Positions 60,076-64,000 of a DNA stretch of 64,000 nt are shown here, in pieces (the stretch's first letter is position 1; each line of letters opens with the position of its first letter). The notes beneath the pieces were generated by a model that was not told the DNA's origin, did not search any database, and worked only from the letters and a program-made list of their open reading frames with translations. Origin of the DNA: Lama guanicoe (lineage: Eukaryota); contig MU053933.1 of NCBI GenBank assembly GCA_013239625.1, positions 2,195,026-2,259,025 on the forward strand. Reading direction: 5' to 3'. A program made the translations under genes and the position numbers.

Positions 60076-62562
60076 CAAAACATTCCATTCCATCCCCGGT
60101 TCTGATGGATTCCGAGGCTTTTGTCTCCCCTGCATCCGAGTGGAAATCAGTGACTCCGGGGCAGTGAGGGGAGCCCCAGGAGGCCAGCCGTGGCCCGAGT
60201 TCCTGAGGCGTTTCCGGGAATGACAGGGCAGAACCCTCAGGCTGACTTAAAAATCAACAGAAAGAAGGAGGTGGTGACAGGACTGTGAAAGATTTTCCCA
60301 GGGGACCCGGAGCCACCCCAAAGTGGGTGTCGGCAGGGGCTGCACATGAGGTCAGGCTGTGTGTCACCCTGGGTCCTCAACTCCTGGATTCAAGCTGTGA
60401 GGGACACCGCCCCGGGCACCCAGCTGACTCCCAGGGGACACGGGAGAAGAGCTAGCCAGGGTGGGTGGGCCGGAGGGTCCCAGCCAGGGTCACAGGACAG
60501 AGAGGACAGGCAGCGCTCTAGGAAAGTTCTAGACAAGGGGAGCCCTGCATCCTGCGGACAAGCTCCCCTCACTCCTCAGGGCCCGGCCGTCAGCTCCCCA
60601 CGCAGGAGGGAGTGTTTGCCTGTGCAGCGGACGAGGCATCAGCGAGCACTGAACAGCCCAGACCCTCGCTTACAAATAGGAATAATAAGAGTCCCCAGAC
60701 ACTTAGGGAAATCAACACGAAAGGGAAGTAAAACTCTGAACGAACGATAAAGCAAGGAAATGGAGGGCCCACCACTTCCTACAATAAGAACAAGATGCGG
60801 GTTTAAAACAACAAAAAAGGAAGGAAGAAAAGAAGGAAAGAGGCAGAGGGGAGGGAGGGAAACACTCAGAGTTCCTGGAAACCAAAAGCATGACTCTCCG
60901 AACAAACAGGAAACCAACAGACAGTCTGCGCATGGACTGCACGTGGTAAGAGGTGACCGGGAAGATCAGGCAAGGATTTTCCCAGAATGCAACGCGGGAC
61001 AAAGAGACGAGGATGGGAAGAGGCTAACCACAAGGCGGGTACGTCCAGGGGACCCAGTATCTGTGATCCTAACCTGTGCTGCCGCAGGAGACACAGCCTC
61101 CGGGACGGGAGGAGGTAATCCTGCAACAGAGCAAATGTGCCTTGCGCTCAAAGACGGTGTGAACGAGGTCGAAACAAGCCAGCAAAGGCCTGCAACAACG
61201 TCCGGAGCGCGGGGCGTCTGGGGACATTGAAGAGCGACACGACGGACACAGCTCCACAAGGTTCCAGGAGAAGTGGCCACCAAAAGAACCAGTCGTACCA
61301 ACAGGAGACCCACCAGCGGGGCCACCTCTCCCCGACGCGGAGGGCGACCCACCCTGCCCCAGGCTCAGCCTCGCACCCTTCAAACACCAGGAACCCGGGA
61401 CGTTTACTACCCAGGAGGCTTCCGAAACTGCCACTCAGAAGAGTACTCGTTTCTCCTACAAAACGAACAGTGGCGCTGCCTTTCCAACCGTCCACAGCGC
61501 GCTCACAGGTGCCCGGCACGGCGCCTCAAGCCCAGAGAGCAGGGCCCGCAGAGGTGTCCTCCGGTGACAGCACGGCCGTCGGTCCCGCTTCCTAAGTACA
61601 CGCTCACCCACTGGGAAACTTTAAAATCCTTTTCTACGTGACTTCTGATCGATGGTGCAACTAAGATGGACATGACAGACCATCGAGAAGCTAATGCCCC
61701 TGAAAACAGCGGGCGCCAGAAGCGAGAGGAAACGGCGAAGCGGCGCGAACAGACATCTACTCTCTCCACTGTACGGGCTGGAAAGCAAAATGTAAGCATT
61801 CAACTTAGTCAGCCAGGGAAGACGCCTCAAAAAATGTTTAAAGAGTAGGAGAAAGGAGCTCTAAAAGATTTAAAGTAAAAACTAATGAAATAAAAAACAA
61901 AGACTGTCACTTTAAAAATACCGATAAAATGTTAAAAACTCTGGCAAGTCTAATAAAAAATACGTTAAAAATGGGAGAAAAGAATATGCTCGCAGATTCA
62001 GGTTATTTTTGTTTTTAAGTATAAGAAGGTAGCATGAGTATATTTATCCTAAAATTTGAAAATACGAATGAAATATACCATGTTCAAAAAACATGTAAAC
62101 TACCTACATTGGCTGACAAAATGAAAGAAAAAATTTTAGTCCAATAGGATTATTACCTTTATTTGGCAAATATACTGAAGATCTGTTCTGTTTCAAATAT
62201 GGAAATAGATTTTTTTTCCTAGTCAAACAAATTTTATTGAAAAAAATTTTAATACAACACAATCCAAAGAAAAGTTGAAAAGATGTTGAAAGATCTGATT
62301 CTCCAAAAGGCACAGACTCAGTTCTCAAGGTGTAGGGAACCCATCAGCCTTCAGCACGGAGGCCTTTCCTGTAATACTGCAAACATCCAGAGCTCAGAAA
62401 GAAACAGAAGTTTTCTGGGCTTATCTCATAAGGCTGGCAAAACCCCGATGCCAAAACCAGCCAGGAGAGAGAGAAACTGACTAGTGACCTATGTCATGTA
62501 AGAGATTGTAAATAATGTTTTAGCAAATTTAATATGGAGATACATTAAAAGAACAATATGCC

Positions 62563-62720
62563 GGGGGGGGAGGGTATAGCTCAGCGGTTAGAGTGCATGC
62601 TTAGCACACATGAGGTCCTGGGTTCAATCCCCAGAACCTCCATTAAAAATACATAAATAAACCTAATTACCTCCCCCTAAAAACTAATAAAAATAAATCT
62701 ATAACAAAAAGCAAAAACAA
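62563..62720 (+). mobile_element. Vic-1-like tRNA-derived SINE
   Basis: ggggagggtatagctcagcggttagagtgcatgcttagcacacatgaggtcctgggttcaatcccc, A-rich tail, aatatgcc duplication on both sides. Confidence 0.85.
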
Positions 62721-62867
62721 AGTGGAGGACAAAATTTAAAGTCTATTAATATCTTACAGATCAGAAAAAAAGAATATGCCATTATCAAGCAGAGTAGTTC
62801 TCAGAAATGATATAATTAACAATGCTAGTAGGTGGAAACAGAAAAGTCATTGAGAGTTAGAACTCTC

Positions 62868-63452
62868 AACACACACACACGTACACACATACATGCACAC
62901 AATATACACATGCATGCACACATGTATACACATGCACACATATACACATACACATGTACACTTGTACAGACACATGTACACACGCATATACACATATCCA
63001 CCTACACACAGATATACACATATACATATACACACATACATGTACACACATGGACACGCATACACACATACACACGTGCATGTGTACACACAGAAACACA
63101 CATACAGGCATATACACTCATGCACATATACACACACGTACACATATATGCACATATGTACACGTGTACACACATACACAGATACGCACAGGCATATACA
63201 CACATGCGCGTGCACACATACACGCACACACATGCGTATATGCATGTAGACACATACACATACACGTGTATACACACATACACATATATGTACATACACC
63301 TGGATACACGTGTACACGCATACACAGATACATTCACATACAGGCATATATGCATATACATACCCATACACACATGTACACACATGCATGCACACATATA
63401 TACATACACACATACACATGTACACACACGTACATACACACAGACACGCATG
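62868..63452. repeat. Degenerate (CA/TA)n alternating purine-pyrimidine tract, about 580 bp
   Basis: Continuous cacacatacatgcaca-type sequence. Confidence 0.95.
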
Positions 63453-64000
63453 AGCTGCCAAAGGCACCGCCATCACCTTCAGGACCCGGACGACGGGGCC
63501 TGTCCCACCGGTCCCGGCCGGGGCTCTACTGTGTCCCCGTCGTGGCGTGGCTGGGAAGCAGAAGGACAGCACAGCCGGGGGGCCGGGGGCAGCGCGCTCT
63601 CGGCCACACTGTCTGCTGGGCCCTCATTCCCTCCCAGCACCTCTTCCATCTGCCCGGCCGGCACCAGAGGACACTGCCCTTCTGCTCACACTCAGATGCC
63701 CAAAGATTCCTTTTTTGGCATGTTTTTAAAAGTCATTTGGTCATTTGACCTTCCACCGACCCGCCAGCCCCGACCACAGGCTCCCAGCCCCAGCCCAGGG
63801 CGAGGGCAGGGCAGCTGGGCTCCTGGAAGAGCTGAGGTGAGAGCAGTGACTCTTGAGAGACACTCTGAGCTGGGATGCAGACAGCTCACAGGCCAAGGAG
63901 GAGGACGCTGCCGAACAGGGTGTGGGCCGTGAGGGAGGAAGAGCCCTGACACCTGCTAGATCAGGCTGGACCCAACACAGCCCTGGGAAGAGCGCAGAAC

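Noticed and set aside
62563..62645. tRNA-like sequences with A and B boxes (also about 58611, 36040, 55490)
   Set aside because: They have A-rich tails and TSDs and no complete cloverleaf: tRNA-derived SINEs, not tRNA genes.
62832..63932. 366-aa His/Thr-rich ORF and Cys/Val-rich antisense ORFs
   Set aside because: Translations of the (CA/TA)n tract, not KRTAP-like genes.
18227..64000. TSPEAR exon 1 (signal peptide) and KRTAP12 genes
   Set aside because: No matching sequence recognised; presumably beyond the right edge of the window.

Overview
Mammalian genomic DNA, most likely camelid (alpaca/camel) judging from the tRNA-derived Vic-1-type SINEs and L1 3' ends; this assignment is from memory, not a search. 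The window covers part of the TSPEAR gene on the minus strand: coding exons 2-5 at 18006-18226, 3424-3662, 1414-1504 and 385-541, all GT-AG, forming one open frame. Exon 1 lies beyond the right end. Seven intact single-exon KRTAP10-family (ultra-high-sulfur keratin-associated protein) genes are nested in its introns: two in intron 2 (both -) and five in intron 1 (+,-,+,+,+). The rest is L1, LTR and SINE repeats, a CpG island with a consensus CTCF site, a 135-N gap and simple repeats. The nesting itself is known from human chr21q22.3. Most notable: (1) six of seven KRTAP10 genes stop at the same TAG followed by a conserved in-frame K-x-C/G-C-TGA tail; (2) their coding regions are homogenised in a patchwork while the flanks are not; (3) near-identical copies in opposite orientation bracket TSPEAR exon 2; (4) a young-looking LTR begins 56 nt from the exon 3 acceptor and runs into the assembly gap. 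I see no evidence of an entirely new biological system.
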